Origin: Patescibacteria group bacterium
Lineage (GTDB): Bacteria > Patescibacteriota > Minisyncoccia > Phycocordibacterales > UBA9973
Direction: 5' to 3'
Assembly (NCBI GenBank): GCA_028868715.1
Contig: JAGWUB010000001.1
Coordinates: 119,206 to 183,205 of the forward strand
Length of the DNA stretch: 64,000 nt
Shown here: positions 48,943 through 58,976 of the stretch, one piece after another
Position numbering within the stretch: the first letter of the stretch is position 1
Layout of the letters: each line of letters begins with the position of its first letter
Notes under the pieces: generated by a model
What the model was told of the DNA's origin: nothing
The model's database searches: none
What the model saw: the letters and a program-made list of their open reading frames with translations, nothing else
Program-made: the position numbers and the translations under genes

Positions 48943-49563
48943 ATGAATGCAACCAACGCTATATTTTACGTAGCCATCCTAATAATGTCAGTTGTAATCC
49001 ACGAAATTTCACACGGCTTCATGGCCGAGCATTTTGGGGACAAAACTGCCCGAAATGCTGGACGGCTCACCTTGAATCCGCTTCAACACCTGGATTTATT
49101 TGGATCTATAATTTTGCCAGCATTTTTAATCTTGTCTCACGCTGGTTTTCTGTTTGGTTGGGCCAAGCCAGTACCATATAATCCAGATAATTTAAGCAAT
49201 AGAAAATGGGGCACTATAGCTGTGGCCGGAGCCGGAGTAATGGCCAATTTTTTTATCGCAATTGTTTTTGGTTTAATTCTTCGATTTGGTATTTCATTCA
49301 CAACATCTCCAGGCTTTTATTTTATAGTTTCCGCTATCGTCATAGTGAACCTGGCCTTGGCCATATTTAACCTAGTTCCTATCCCGCCACTTGATGGCTC
49401 TAGAATATTCCTATCACTTTTGCCAGAATCTATATATAGATCAATTGAAATTATTGAACGATACTCCATTATCCTACTTGTTATTTTTATTGTATATTTT
49501 TCTAATTATTTATATCCAATCTTAGCTTTCTTATTTCACTTAATTACAGGCCTAAAAATATAG
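48943..49563 (+). CDS. Site-2 protease family zinc metalloprotease (membrane)
   Basis: HEISHG (HExxH) in TM1, LDG motif, multiple TM. Confidence 0.75.
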   Translation: MNATNAIFYVAILIMSVVIHEISHGFMAEHFGDKTARNAGRLTLNPLQHLDLFGSIILPAFLILSHAGFLFGWAKPVPYNPDNLSNRKWGTIAVAGAGVMANFFIAIVFGLILRFGISFTTSPGFYFIVSAIVIVNLALAIFNLVPIPPLDGSRIFLSLLPESIYRSIEIIERYSIILLVIFIVYFSNYLYPILAFLFHLITGLKI

Positions 49564-49665
49564 GTCCCTGCCCCGTAGGAAGCTTCGCTTTCCTTCGGGG
49601 TTGCAATTTAGTTATTTAAATAGTATATTATTGTCAATAGTCCCATGGGGCTATTTTGTTTAGAT

Positions 49666-50082
49666 ATGCCAACAATCAACCAATTAATAAAGAAGAATAG
49701 AACTAAAGTCCACCGTAAACACAAGACGGTTGCTTTGGCTAAGGGGTTTAATGTCTTAAAAAATAGACCAGTTTATTTTCCTAGTCCTTTCAAGCGTGGC
49801 GTTTGTACGAAAGTTTTGACCACTACCCCAAAGAAACCAAACTCAGCATTGCGTAAAATTGCCAGAGTGCGTTTGACCAATGGAATGGAAGTTACCGCTT
49901 ATATCCCAGGAGAAGGCCACAATCTACAAGAACACTCAGTGGTATTGCTGCGCGGAGGACGCGTGAAAGACTTGATCGGAGTAAGATATCATATCGTGCG
50001 TGGAGTGCTGGATACTCAAGGAGTTGAAAAGAGACGACAAAGTCGATCTAGATATGGAACGAAGAAACCCAAAGCTAAATAA
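49666..50082 (+). CDS. rpsL: 30S ribosomal protein S12
   Basis: MPTINQLI start, [10 protein letters not shown] motif. Confidence 0.95.
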   Translation: MPTINQLIKKNRTKVHRKHKTVALAKGFNVLKNRPVYFPSPFKRGVCTKVLTTTPKKPNSALRKIARVRLTNGMEVTAYIPGEGHNLQEHSVVLLRGGRVKDLIGVRYHIVRGVLDTQGVEKRRQSRSRYGTKKPKAK

Positions 50083-50092
50083 TTAAAATAAT

Positions 50093-50563
50093 ATGCGAAG
50101 AAAAGTTAAAAACAGAAATATAGTACAACCAGACTTTATCTACAATTCTCAAAAATTGGAGAAATTTATCAATTACATTATGTGGTCCGGTAAAAAAGAA
50201 ACTTCCCGTAAAGTTGTTTACCAAGCTTTTGATGTAATTAAAGAAAAAACTGGTAATCCAAATCCATTAGAAGTTTTTGATTTGGCTTTAAAAAATGCTG
50301 GCCCACTCACTGAAGTTCGCTCCAAGCGTATCGGTGGCGCAAACTATCAAGTGCCTAGAGAAGTACGAGCTGAGCGACGCCTAGCTTTGTCTATGCGCTG
50401 GATCCGGGATGCGGCTCGCGCTGGTAAAGGACGTCCAATGCATATCAAACTTGCCGATGAGTTAATTGCTGCTTCCAAGAACGAAGGCAGTGCTATTAAA
50501 AAGAAAGACGATACTCACAAAATGGCCGAAGCCAACAAGGCCTTTGCTCACTTTGCATGGTAA
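50093..50563 (+). CDS. rpsG: 30S ribosomal protein S7
   Basis: S7 family, follows rpsL. Confidence 0.95.
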   Translation: MRRKVKNRNIVQPDFIYNSQKLEKFINYIMWSGKKETSRKVVYQAFDVIKEKTGNPNPLEVFDLALKNAGPLTEVRSKRIGGANYQVPREVRAERRLALSMRWIRDAARAGKGRPMHIKLADELIAASKNEGSAIKKKDDTHKMAEANKAFAHFAW

Positions 50564-50572
50564 TTTAAAATT

Positions 50573-52720
50573 ATGGAACGAGACTATCCCTTAGAAAAAG
50601 TTAGGAATATTGGAATTATTGCGCATATTGATGCGGGTAAGACTACCACGACAGAACGTGTGCTTTTTTATACTGGAGTTTCCCACAAAATAGGAGAAGT
50701 GCATGATGGAGAAACTACTACAGACTGGATGGAACAAGAACGAGAAAGAGGTATAACCATCACGTCCGCGGCGGTTACTTGTTTCTGGACTCCTACATAT
50801 GATTTAAAAAATAAAGCCTTAAAACATCGTTTTAATATTATTGATACTCCTGGACACATCGACTTTACCGTAGAGGTGAAGCGTTCTCTGCGTGTGCTCG
50901 ACGGTGCGGTGGTGGTGTTTGATGGCGTGGCTGGAGTGGAACCTCAGTCTGAGACAAACTGGCGCTATGCTGACGAAGCCAAAGTTCCACGAGTCTGTTT
51001 TGTGAATAAACTAGATAGAACCGGTGCTTCTTTTGAGCATTCTTATTCAACTATTTTAGACAGACTTAGTAAAAAAGCTGTCCGAATGCAGATTCCTATT
51101 GGGCTCGAAGAAAAGCATGAAGGAGTCATAGACTTGCTAAAAATGAAAGCTTATTACTTTGAAGGCAACATGGGTAATGAAGTCAGAGAAGCAGAAATTC
51201 CAGAAGAATTAAAAAAAGAAGCAGAAGGATATCACAATGAGCTTGTAGAAAAAATAGTTGAGACGGATGATGTGATGATGACTGAATATTTGGACGGAAT
51301 TATTCCAGATATCGCGGTTTTAAAGAAAACTCTTCGCAAGGCAGTGATCGCCAATGAAATTTTTCCAGTCTTTGCAGGATCTGCGTTAAAGAACAAAGGT
51401 GTCCAGCTGGTGCTCGATGCAGTAGTGGACTATTTGCCATCACCCCTAGATATTCCTCCTGTGCCTGGCGTTAATCCAGAGACCGAAGAACCAATGGTGC
51501 GACATGCCTCTGACGCAGAGCCATTTTCTGCTCTTGCTTTCAAAGTAGCCACTGACCCATTTGTTGGTCAATTAATTTTCTTCCGAGTTTATTCAGGTAC
51601 GCTTTCTGCTGGTAGTTATATTTACAATCCACGTACTCGCAACAAAGAACGCATCGGCCGAATCTTGCGTATGCATGCCAACGACCGAGAAGAAGTAAAA
51701 CAAGTTTTTGCTGGAGAAATAGCTGCAGCCGTAGGACTGAAAGATACTATAACTTCCGATACTATTTGCGATGAAAACGCTCCGATTATTTTAGACCGAA
51801 TTGTTTTCCCTGAACCAGTCATTTCACTTCGCATTGAACCAAAAACCAAAGCTGACCAAGAAAAAATGGGTATGGCACTTAACCGCCTAGCACAAGAGGA
51901 CCCTACTTTTAAAGTTTCTACCGATCAAGAAACAGGGGAGACTATTATCGCTGGAATGGGAGAATTGCACTTGGAAATTATTGTTGACCGTATGAAGCGT
52001 GAGTTTACTGTAGAGGCTAATGTCGGCAAGCCACAGGTAGCTTACCGTGAGACTATCACTGGCAATTCTTCTGCTGAAGGAAAATACATCAAACAGTCGG
52101 GTGGACGCGGAAACTACGGACACGTGAAGATAAAAGTTAAACCAATGAAACTTTTAACTAAGGAAGAAATAGAAGATTTACCAAAAAATACAAAACGTGC
52201 GCCTGGATTTGAATTTATCAACAGCATCAAAGGGGGAGTCATCCCGCAAGAATACATCGCACCTTGTGAAAAAGGATTCAAAGAAGGACTTGATCGCGGA
52301 ATTTTAGCTGGATTTAAAATGGTAAATGTTTCCGTAGAACTTTGGGACGGAAGTTATCACGAAGTGGACTCCAACGAAATGGCTTTCAAAATTGCTTCAT
52401 CCATGGCTATCCAAGATGCTTGCCGAGCTGCTAGCCCAGTAATTCTAGAACCAATGATGAAAGTTGAAGTCGTGACTCCAGACAAATTTATGGGAGACGT
52501 AACCGGAAATCTTTCGAGTAAACGTGGACTTATTGAAGCTATGGAAGATCGCGGAATGAACAAAGTTATCAAAGCCATTGTGCCTCTTTCTGAAATGTTT
52601 GGATATATGACCGGCCTACGGTCCATGACTGAAGGTCGCGCTTCTTTCACTATGGAATTCTTCCGCTACGACATTGTCCCTCAAAACGTCGCCGAAACTA
52701 TTATCACTGCAAGAAAATAA
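50573..52720 (+). CDS. fusA: Elongation factor G
   Basis: G1 [10 protein letters not shown]3 DTPGH, NKLD; 715 aa. Confidence 0.97.
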   Translation: MERDYPLEKVRNIGIIAHIDAGKTTTTERVLFYTGVSHKIGEVHDGETTTDWMEQERERGITITSAAVTCFWTPTYDLKNKALKHRFNIIDTPGHIDFTVEVKRSLRVLDGAVVVFDGVAGVEPQSETNWRYADEAKVPRVCFVNKLDRTGASFEHSYSTILDRLSKKAVRMQIPIGLEEKHEGVIDLLKMKAYYFEGNMGNEVREAEIPEELKKEAEGYHNELVEKIVETDDVMMTEYLDGIIPDIAVLKKTLRKAVIANEIFPVFAGSALKNKGVQLVLDAVVDYLPSPLDIPPVPGVNPETEEPMVRHASDAEPFSALAFKVATDPFVGQLIFFRVYSGTLSAGSYIYNPRTRNKERIGRILRMHANDREEVKQVFAGEIAAAVGLKDTITSDTICDENAPIILDRIVFPEPVISLRIEPKTKADQEKMGMALNRLAQEDPTFKVSTDQETGETIIAGMGELHLEIIVDRMKREFTVEANVGKPQVAYRETITGNSSAEGKYIKQSGGRGNYGHVKIKVKPMKLLTKEEIEDLPKNTKRAPGFEFINSIKGGVIPQEYIAPCEKGFKEGLDRGILAGFKMVNVSVELWDGSYHEVDSNEMAFKIASSMAIQDACRAASPVILEPMMKVEVVTPDKFMGDVTGNLSSKRGLIEAMEDRGMNKVIKAIVPLSEMFGYMTGLRSMTEGRASFTMEFFRYDIVPQNVAETIITARK

Positions 52721-52752
52721 AAAACTACTCGATCCGAGTAGTTTTTTTTTAT
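52721..52752 (+). terminator. Intrinsic terminator (ACTACTCG-ATC-CGAGTAGT plus T9)
   Basis: Hairpin plus long T-run after fusA. Confidence 0.8.
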
Positions 52753-52866
52753 TGATTGACATTTATTTTGAGAATGCTACACCTAAGGTAGAGCCCGATT
52801 TTCTGGCACCTGTTTCGGCAGTTTAAACCGACTTAGCTTTTTGAAATTCAATAAAAGGAGGAGACC

Positions 52867-53682
52867 ATGAAAAGGTTTCAAACATTATTTATATTAATGT
52901 TAGTGCTTTGCGTATTTCCATTGTTTGGCCAAAAACTTAGTAGAATCTCCTCGAGGCCATTGGAGATTAAACAAGTTAAGGCGAGTTTGGAAGAAATCGA
53001 ATGGGCTAAAAATACTGGGCAGGCGAATTCCCCGGACTGCCTAAATGGAGAAATCATCAATGATCCAGCATTAGAAAAGTACTTGGATAGCTTAGTAAAA
53101 AAGGTACTTTCCAGAGCACCAAGTTACTTCAAAGGTTTTGCTTACAAAGTTAGAGTCATAAAAAATCCATGGCTCTATGCTTTAGCATTTCCCAACGGCG
53201 AAATTTTTATTGGTTCTAAATTTTTTTATAGTTTGGAATTCGAGGATGTACTGGTCGGGATGTTAGCCCACGAGATATCTCACGTGGCATTGCGTCATAA
53301 GATCGGCGAGTTTCAAATGAGTAGGAAGCTTCAGAATGAACAATTGAAATTTGTCGGCAAAGCAAAAGACTTTGCACGTATAGAAAATAGAAATTCAGTT
53401 TTATTGGCGAAATATTTTCAGTACCATGAAACTGAGTCAGACTTGATGGCTATTCGTATATTACTGATGGTCGGATACGACGCAAGTAAGTATTCGGAAT
53501 ACATGCTCATGCATTTTGTTAATGATAAAAATGACAAAGAGCATCCGTCAGCCCAAAAACGATTTGCCAATACCTCCAAGGAGATCGAGGTGTGGAAGAG
53601 AATTTTACATTCTTGGAAACCAATTCCGCACCCAATGATAAACTCTTTTTTGGAATATCGAAGCACTCTTTATTCTAGATAG
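52867..53682 (+). CDS. Secreted M48-family zinc metallopeptidase
   Basis: Signal peptide; HEISHVALRH (HExxH) plus downstream Glu; strong RBS AAGGAGGAG. Confidence 0.7.
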   Translation: MKRFQTLFILMLVLCVFPLFGQKLSRISSRPLEIKQVKASLEEIEWAKNTGQANSPDCLNGEIINDPALEKYLDSLVKKVLSRAPSYFKGFAYKVRVIKNPWLYALAFPNGEIFIGSKFFYSLEFEDVLVGMLAHEISHVALRHKIGEFQMSRKLQNEQLKFVGKAKDFARIENRNSVLLAKYFQYHETESDLMAIRILLMVGYDASKYSEYMLMHFVNDKNDKEHPSAQKRFANTSKEIEVWKRILHSWKPIPHPMINSFLEYRSTLYSR

Positions 53683-53707
53683 AGAAAACTTATCATTTTT
53701 CAATTTT

Positions 53708-53744
53708 CGCCCCGCAGCAATGTCGGGGCGCTTTTTATTTTTTG
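53708..53744 (+). terminator. Intrinsic terminator (CGCCCCG...CGGGGCG plus T-run)
   Basis: 7-bp GC stem plus TTTTTATTTTTT. Confidence 0.75.
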
Positions 53745-54274
53745 TCCTGATCTAAAAAATTTAGATATTCTTGGAGCAGTTCCCATTGCTCCCCAAAATT
53801 ACTGTCGGCAGATTCTAAATCCATTGCGTTGTAATATGTATCCATTACATCCTTCACTGCAAAACCTGCAAAGTTGGCTTTGAAAACTAGCGCATGCATG
53901 TGCTCGTGGCAGATGGTCACGTAGTCTAACTCTGGCGGATTTAATTCGTCAGTTAAAATATCGATGAAAGGTTGACTAGCGGGGCAGTAGCAGAACCCTG
54001 TCGGAATATTTGGTGGCGGGAATTCTCGGCCATTGAAAACAAAGGAAGTGAAATCATAACTTTCATCTATGGGTACCACTTGTTCCATATATGGCTGAAG
54101 TAATATTCTTTCTCCTTGTGGAAACTGCACCTTGATATATGACAAATTCTGATAATCTGACTCTATAAATTCAAAGTCTATATCTACTCCGTGCCTATGA
54201 AAATAATCCTCCGCTCGTTTATACAGCATCTCATAGTCTACGGCCACTCGATTGATGTAAACTTTTTCTTTCAT
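53735..54274 (-). CDS. Hypothetical acidic protein with a HExxH (CHEHMH) zincin-like motif
   Basis: 179-aa ORF; HEHMH near the C-terminus; no firm family. Confidence 0.45.
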   Translation of the reverse strand: MKEKVYINRVAVDYEMLYKRAEDYFHRHGVDIDFEFIESDYQNLSYIKVQFPQGERILLQPYMEQVVPIDESYDFTSFVFNGREFPPPNIPTGFCYCPASQPFIDILTDELNPPELDYVTICHEHMHALVFKANFAGFAVKDVMDTYYNAMDLESADSNFGEQWELLQEYLNFLDQDKK

Positions 54275-54312
54275 TATCTGATTTTAGCATGATTTTACGG
54301 GGATAATTATAT

Positions 54313-54340
54313 TTGACAATGTTTTTTAATCTGCTATTAT
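54313..54340 (+). promoter_or_regulatory. Sigma70 promoter TTGACA-16-TATTAT upstream of tuf
   Basis: Consensus -35 and near-consensus -10 with 16-nt spacing. Confidence 0.55.
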
Positions 54341-54484
54341 GTAGGCAACTGCACTTTTGCAGTTTTTCTATTGGTTTTCCAGTAGTTAATTTGCAAGTAG
54401 CAATTATTAGTTAATATATAGTTAGTAATTAAGCCTTAGCGACTGGTTGTCGTACGTTAAGTTTTAACTATTAATCACAAAAAT

Positions 54485-55678
54485 ATGGCAGAAGAATTTA
54501 AAAGAGATAAGCCACACGTAAATGTGGGAACCATTGGTCACGTTGACCATGGAAAGACTACTTTAACAGCTGCAATTTTGCACGTGTTAAATTTAGCAGG
54601 AAAAACAGTTCGTCTTCGAGACGTTGGTCAAATTGACAATGCTCCAGAAGAAAAAGCTCGTGGAATTACGATTAACATCTCTCACAATGAGTATGCTACT
54701 GACGCTCGTCACTATGCACACATTGATGCCCCTGGACACGCTGATTACATAAAGAACATGATTACTGGTGCTGCTCAAATGGACGGTGCTATTCTTGTAG
54801 TTGCGGCAACTGACGGTGCTATGCCTCAGACTCGTGAGCACGTTCTCCTTGCAAAGCAAGTAGGTGTGCCAAAGATAATTGTATTCTTAAACAAGTGCGA
54901 CATGGTTGACGACAAAGACATGATTGACCTAGTTGAAGAAGAAATTCGTGAGCTTTTGACAAAGCAAGGATTTGACGGCGCAGGCGCTCCAGTTATCCGT
55001 GGTTCTGCTCTTAAGGCCTTAGAAGCAAAGTCAATTGACGATGAATGGGCAAAGAAAATTATTGAACTTACCGATGCACTTGATACTTACATCCCAGTTC
55101 CTGAACGAGATGTTACCAAGCCTTTCTTGATGCCAGTAGAAGACATCTTCTCAATTGAAGGCCGAGGTACAGTTGTTACTGGAAAAATTGAAAGAGGTGT
55201 AGTCAAAGTTGGTGAAGAAGTGGAAATTGTTGGAATTAAAGCTACTCAAAAATCTGTAGTTACTGGAATTGAAATGTTCAACAAAAATCTTCAAGAAGGT
55301 ATGGCCGGAGACAACGCTGGTATTCTTCTTCGAGGTCTTAAAAAAGAAGACATTACTCGTGGACAGGTGCTTTCTAAGCCTGGAACTACTACTCCACACG
55401 ATAACTTTACAGCTGAAATATACGTTTTGAAAAAAGAAGAAGGTGGACGACACACTCCTTTCTTCAAGGGTTACAAGCCTCAGTTCTACATCCGTACGAC
55501 AGATGTGACTGGTGATGTTACTCTAGCAGAAGGTACAGAGATGGTTATGCCAGGAGATACAGTAAAGATTACAGTTAAATTAGTAACTCCAGTGGCCCTC
55601 GAAGAGTCACAGAGATTTGCTATCCGTGAAGGAGGCAAGACTGTCGGTGCCGGAGTAGTTACTAAGATCTTGGGCTAA
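54485..55678 (+). CDS. tuf: Elongation factor Tu
   Basis: [18 protein letters not shown]; 397 aa. Confidence 0.97.
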   Translation: MAEEFKRDKPHVNVGTIGHVDHGKTTLTAAILHVLNLAGKTVRLRDVGQIDNAPEEKARGITINISHNEYATDARHYAHIDAPGHADYIKNMITGAAQMDGAILVVAATDGAMPQTREHVLLAKQVGVPKIIVFLNKCDMVDDKDMIDLVEEEIRELLTKQGFDGAGAPVIRGSALKALEAKSIDDEWAKKIIELTDALDTYIPVPERDVTKPFLMPVEDIFSIEGRGTVVTGKIERGVVKVGEEVEIVGIKATQKSVVTGIEMFNKNLQEGMAGDNAGILLRGLKKEDITRGQVLSKPGTTTPHDNFTAEIYVLKKEEGGRHTPFFKGYKPQFYIRTTDVTGDVTLAEGTEMVMPGDTVKITVKLVTPVALEESQRFAIREGGKTVGAGVVTKILG

Positions 55679-55716
55679 ATTAGTTAATTGTTAATTGAGT
55701 TAAAAAAAGTTCTTTC

Positions 55717-56154
55717 ATGCCAACAACAGAAAAAAAATTAAAAAAGACCCCGACTAAAAAAGTAGGGATCAAAGCTACTAAAGAAAAAATTTCTTCCAAA
55801 AAAGATAAAGTTGAAAAGGCAAGCACTCGACTAGGTGGGGAGAAAGATAAAGTCATTCTTCGCATACGTGTACGAGCGTACGAGAGTAAAATTATTGATA
55901 GCTCAGTCAAGCAAATTATGGACACAGCTACTCGATACGATGCAATCATTGTCGGACCAGTGCCTCTGCCAACTGAAATTAAAAAATATACAGTCAATCG
56001 CTCAGCTTTTATTTACAAGAACGCTAGAGAACAATTTGAAATTAGAGTTCACAAAAGATTGATCGACATTGTAAACCCTTCTCCAAAAACAATCGAAGCC
56101 CTTACCAACCTGTCACTTCCTTCTGGAGTTGATATTGACGTGAAGATGTTGTAA
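55717..56154 (+). CDS. rpsJ: 30S ribosomal protein S10 with a roughly 45-aa Lys-rich N-terminal extension
   Basis: S10 core (IRIRVRAYE...GPVPLPT) preceded by a KKxxK-rich segment. Confidence 0.9.
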   Translation: MPTTEKKLKKTPTKKVGIKATKEKISSKKDKVEKASTRLGGEKDKVILRIRVRAYESKIIDSSVKQIMDTATRYDAIIVGPVPLPTEIKKYTVNRSAFIYKNAREQFEIRVHKRLIDIVNPSPKTIEALTNLSLPSGVDIDVKML

Positions 56155-56158
56155 TTTT

Positions 56159-56773
56159 ATGAAATTTATCTTGGGAACAAAAGAAAATATGACAGAGTAC
56201 TTTTCTCCCGAGGGAGTAGTTTTTCCTGTTACCATAATTTCAGCTGGGCCGGTGACAGTGACTAGAGTTTTTTCTAAAGCTAAAGACGGTTACGACTCTG
56301 TTCAAGTTGGTTTTGGAGCTCAAAAAAAAGAAAGAGTCAGCAAGGGAAGAGCAGGAGCCATGAAAGGTGCCTTTTATAAATATCTTAAAGAATTCAGATT
56401 AAAAGAAGGGGCTACCTCAGAAGTAAAAGAGGGAGACAACATAGACGTTTCAGTCTTTGCTCCTGGGGACAAAATTGTGGTTTCCAGTATATCAAAAGGT
56501 AAAGGTTTTCAGGGTGTGGTAAAGCGCCATGGATTCAAGGGAGGTCCACGTACTCATGGTCAAAAACATTCTGAAAGAGAGGCTGGAAGTATCGGAGGAG
56601 GTCTACGAACTCATGTACCTAAAGGAATGAGAATGGCCGGCAGAATGGGTTCAGATAGAATAACCCAAAAGAATTTGAAAGTTGTTTTTGTAGATAAAGA
56701 AAATAACCTTATGCTTATCAAAGGGGCGGTATCAGGCAGACGCGGAACTTTAGTTGAAGTCGTTGCAAAATAA
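56159..56773 (+). CDS. rplC: 50S ribosomal protein L3
   Basis: L3 family. Confidence 0.95.
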   Translation: MKFILGTKENMTEYFSPEGVVFPVTIISAGPVTVTRVFSKAKDGYDSVQVGFGAQKKERVSKGRAGAMKGAFYKYLKEFRLKEGATSEVKEGDNIDVSVFAPGDKIVVSSISKGKGFQGVVKRHGFKGGPRTHGQKHSEREAGSIGGGLRTHVPKGMRMAGRMGSDRITQKNLKVVFVDKENNLMLIKGAVSGRRGTLVEVVAK

Positions 56774-56775
56774 TT

Positions 56776-57471
56776 ATGGAAGCAAAAACAGACAAAAAAA
56801 TAAAAGATAAAATGGAAGCAAAAATCTATGACCAAAAGGGAGGTGTAGCTGGCAGTATTGATTTACCAGCAAAAGTTTTTGCCGCTAAATGGCGCAGTGA
56901 CTTGGTGCACCAAGTCGTGGAAGGTATGCGTTCCAACAAACGCGCTGGTACAGCTGATACCAAGGGTCGTGGTGAAGTCAGAGGTGGAGGCAAGAAACCT
57001 TGGAAGCAAAAGGGAACTGGCCGTGCTCGACATGGATCTTCTCGTAGTCCTATCTGGGTTGGTGGCGGAGTTACTCATGGACCTCTAGCCGAAAAGAATT
57101 ATAAAAGAAAAATTTCAAAAAAAATGCGTGCCCAAGCTCTCTTTTCTGTTCTATCTAAAAAATTAAAAGATAATGAAATAATTTTTGTTGATACCCTTAC
57201 CCAATCTGACATCAAAACAAAAAAAGGAGTAGAAGTAATTAAAAATTTGGCAAAAGCTTCTGGGTTTCCGACGCTGGCAACTTCTAAAAAACCTAGAGCG
57301 CTGACAGCTCTTTTTGGACGAAGTGAAAAGACAGAAAAAAGTTTTAGAAATATTCCATCCCTACAAATTGTATTTCTTAAAAATTTGAATCCACTAGATG
57401 TTTTAAATCGTAAATATCTTGTAATAGAAAATCCGACTGAAGCAGTAAAATTTTTAGAATCTAGAAGTTAA
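56776..57471 (+). CDS. rplD: 50S ribosomal protein L4
   Basis: L4 family. Confidence 0.9.
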   Translation: MEAKTDKKIKDKMEAKIYDQKGGVAGSIDLPAKVFAAKWRSDLVHQVVEGMRSNKRAGTADTKGRGEVRGGGKKPWKQKGTGRARHGSSRSPIWVGGGVTHGPLAEKNYKRKISKKMRAQALFSVLSKKLKDNEIIFVDTLTQSDIKTKKGVEVIKNLAKASGFPTLATSKKPRALTALFGRSEKTEKSFRNIPSLQIVFLKNLNPLDVLNRKYLVIENPTEAVKFLESRS

Positions 57472-57482
57472 AAAATACACAA

Positions 57483-57755
57483 ATGATTACAAATTTTATT
57501 AAAAATCCAAGAATTACCGAAAAAGCATCATTTGCCGCAGAGCAAAATGTTTACACTTTTAATGTTTCTAATTCTGCGAACAAGACAGAAATAAAGAAAG
57601 CAATTTTTGCACTCTACAAAGTGCATCCCGTTAAAGTAAACGTTTTACCAATTCCAAAGAAAAATATTATTTCCAAAGGTAAAAAGGGAGTTCGTGGCGG
57701 TGGAAGGAAAGCGCTTGTTTACTTAAAAGCTGGGGATAAGATAGAAATTATTTAG
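57483..57755 (+). CDS. rplW: 50S ribosomal protein L23
   Basis: L23 family. Confidence 0.9.
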   Translation: MITNFIKNPRITEKASFAAEQNVYTFNVSNSANKTEIKKAIFALYKVHPVKVNVLPIPKKNIISKGKKGVRGGGRKALVYLKAGDKIEII

Positions 57756-57773
57756 GCATATCGAATTAATATA

Positions 57774-58613
57774 ATGAAAACGTACAAACCTACAAGTAAA
57801 TCCAGAAGGCAAATGACGAATATCAAATATCGTGATATTTTGACGACTTCGACACCTACTAAATCATTGACTCACGGATTCAGACGTTCTGTCGGAAGAA
57901 ATAGCCAAGGACGTATCACCATGCGACACAAGGGTGGCGGACACAAGCGTCTTTTCAGAGAAGTAGACTTTTTATATAACAAGCAAGATATCCCAGCCAA
58001 AATAAAATCGATTGAATATGATCCAAACCGTTCAGCTTTTATCGGCCTAGCTGTCTACAAAGACGGTGAGAAAAGATACGTAATATTGCCAAAATCTGTA
58101 AAACCCGGTGACTCTTTTGTCGTTTCTGAAAAAGCTCCACTTACAGCTGGCAACCGACTACCTTTAAAAAATATCCCAGTTGGAACCTTTATTTATAATA
58201 TTGAAATAAAACCGAGAGGAGGTGCCAAGATCGGCCGCAGTGCTGGAATCTTTGCCCAAGTGGTTGCTAACGACAAAGGATATACAAATATCAAAATGCC
58301 TTCATCTGAAGTTAGAAGGATAAACGAAAATTGCTTTGCTTCAATCGGAACTGTCTCTAACGAAGAACACTTTTTGGAAAATTATGGAAAAGCTGGTAGA
58401 AGTCGCTGGAAGGGAATCCGTCCGACAGTCCGAGGTAGTGCCATGAACCCAGTAGACCATCCATACGGAGGTGGAGAGGGCAGACAAGGCCGAGGTACCA
58501 AGCGTCCAAAAACTATGTGGGGTAAAGTCACTGGTGGTAGAAAAACCCGCAGTCCTAAAAAGTATTCTAACGTATTTATCGTCTCTCGCCGCAAGGTTGG
58601 TAAGAAGAAATAG
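57774..58613 (+). CDS. rplB: 50S ribosomal protein L2
   Basis: L2 motifs (GGGHKR; HP.GGGEG). Confidence 0.97.
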   Translation: MKTYKPTSKSRRQMTNIKYRDILTTSTPTKSLTHGFRRSVGRNSQGRITMRHKGGGHKRLFREVDFLYNKQDIPAKIKSIEYDPNRSAFIGLAVYKDGEKRYVILPKSVKPGDSFVVSEKAPLTAGNRLPLKNIPVGTFIYNIEIKPRGGAKIGRSAGIFAQVVANDKGYTNIKMPSSEVRRINENCFASIGTVSNEEHFLENYGKAGRSRWKGIRPTVRGSAMNPVDHPYGGGEGRQGRGTKRPKTMWGKVTGGRKTRSPKKYSNVFIVSRRKVGKKK

Positions 58614-58728
58614 TTATACACATTTTCTATTGTATATATTCTCATATGTGGTATAAACATAAACGGATGAGGATGCAGTTTATTCTCTTGTGATCAAGGG
58701 GTGTGATGGAAATCAATATTGGAGGAAA

Positions 58729-58902
58729 ATGATGTCATCGTTCAAGAACCAGCTTAAGAGAGCGCTTAGACGTGCGGGAATTCACGCAAAAAACCCCAAG
58801 AAAAAGAGACGAGCACTAGCTTGTCATAGGACCGATCAACCAGATCTTGATCGGATCCAGGAAAGAAAAGAAGAGATCGAGGCAAGAACCTCGCTCGACT
58901 GA
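58729..58902 (+). CDS. Small (57 aa) highly basic hypothetical protein, GC-rich (about 50 percent GC)
   Basis: GGAGGA SD 3-6 nt before ATG ATG; followed by a perfect 10-bp-stem hairpin; composition anomaly. Confidence 0.45.
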   Translation: MMSSFKNQLKRALRRAGIHAKNPKKKRRALACHRTDQPDLDRIQERKEEIEARTSLD

Positions 58903-58910
58903 TCGGCATC

Positions 58911-58950
58911 GGCCGGTTGCTTATAAGCAACCGGCCACCACTATTTTTAG
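58911..58950 (+). terminator. Perfect palindrome GGCCGGTTGC-TTATAA-GCAACCGGCC plus downstream T-run
   Basis: 10-bp GC-rich stem, 6-nt loop, T5 within 8 nt. Confidence 0.55.
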
Positions 58951-58976
58951 CCACTATTTTTTGATATACTACCTCT

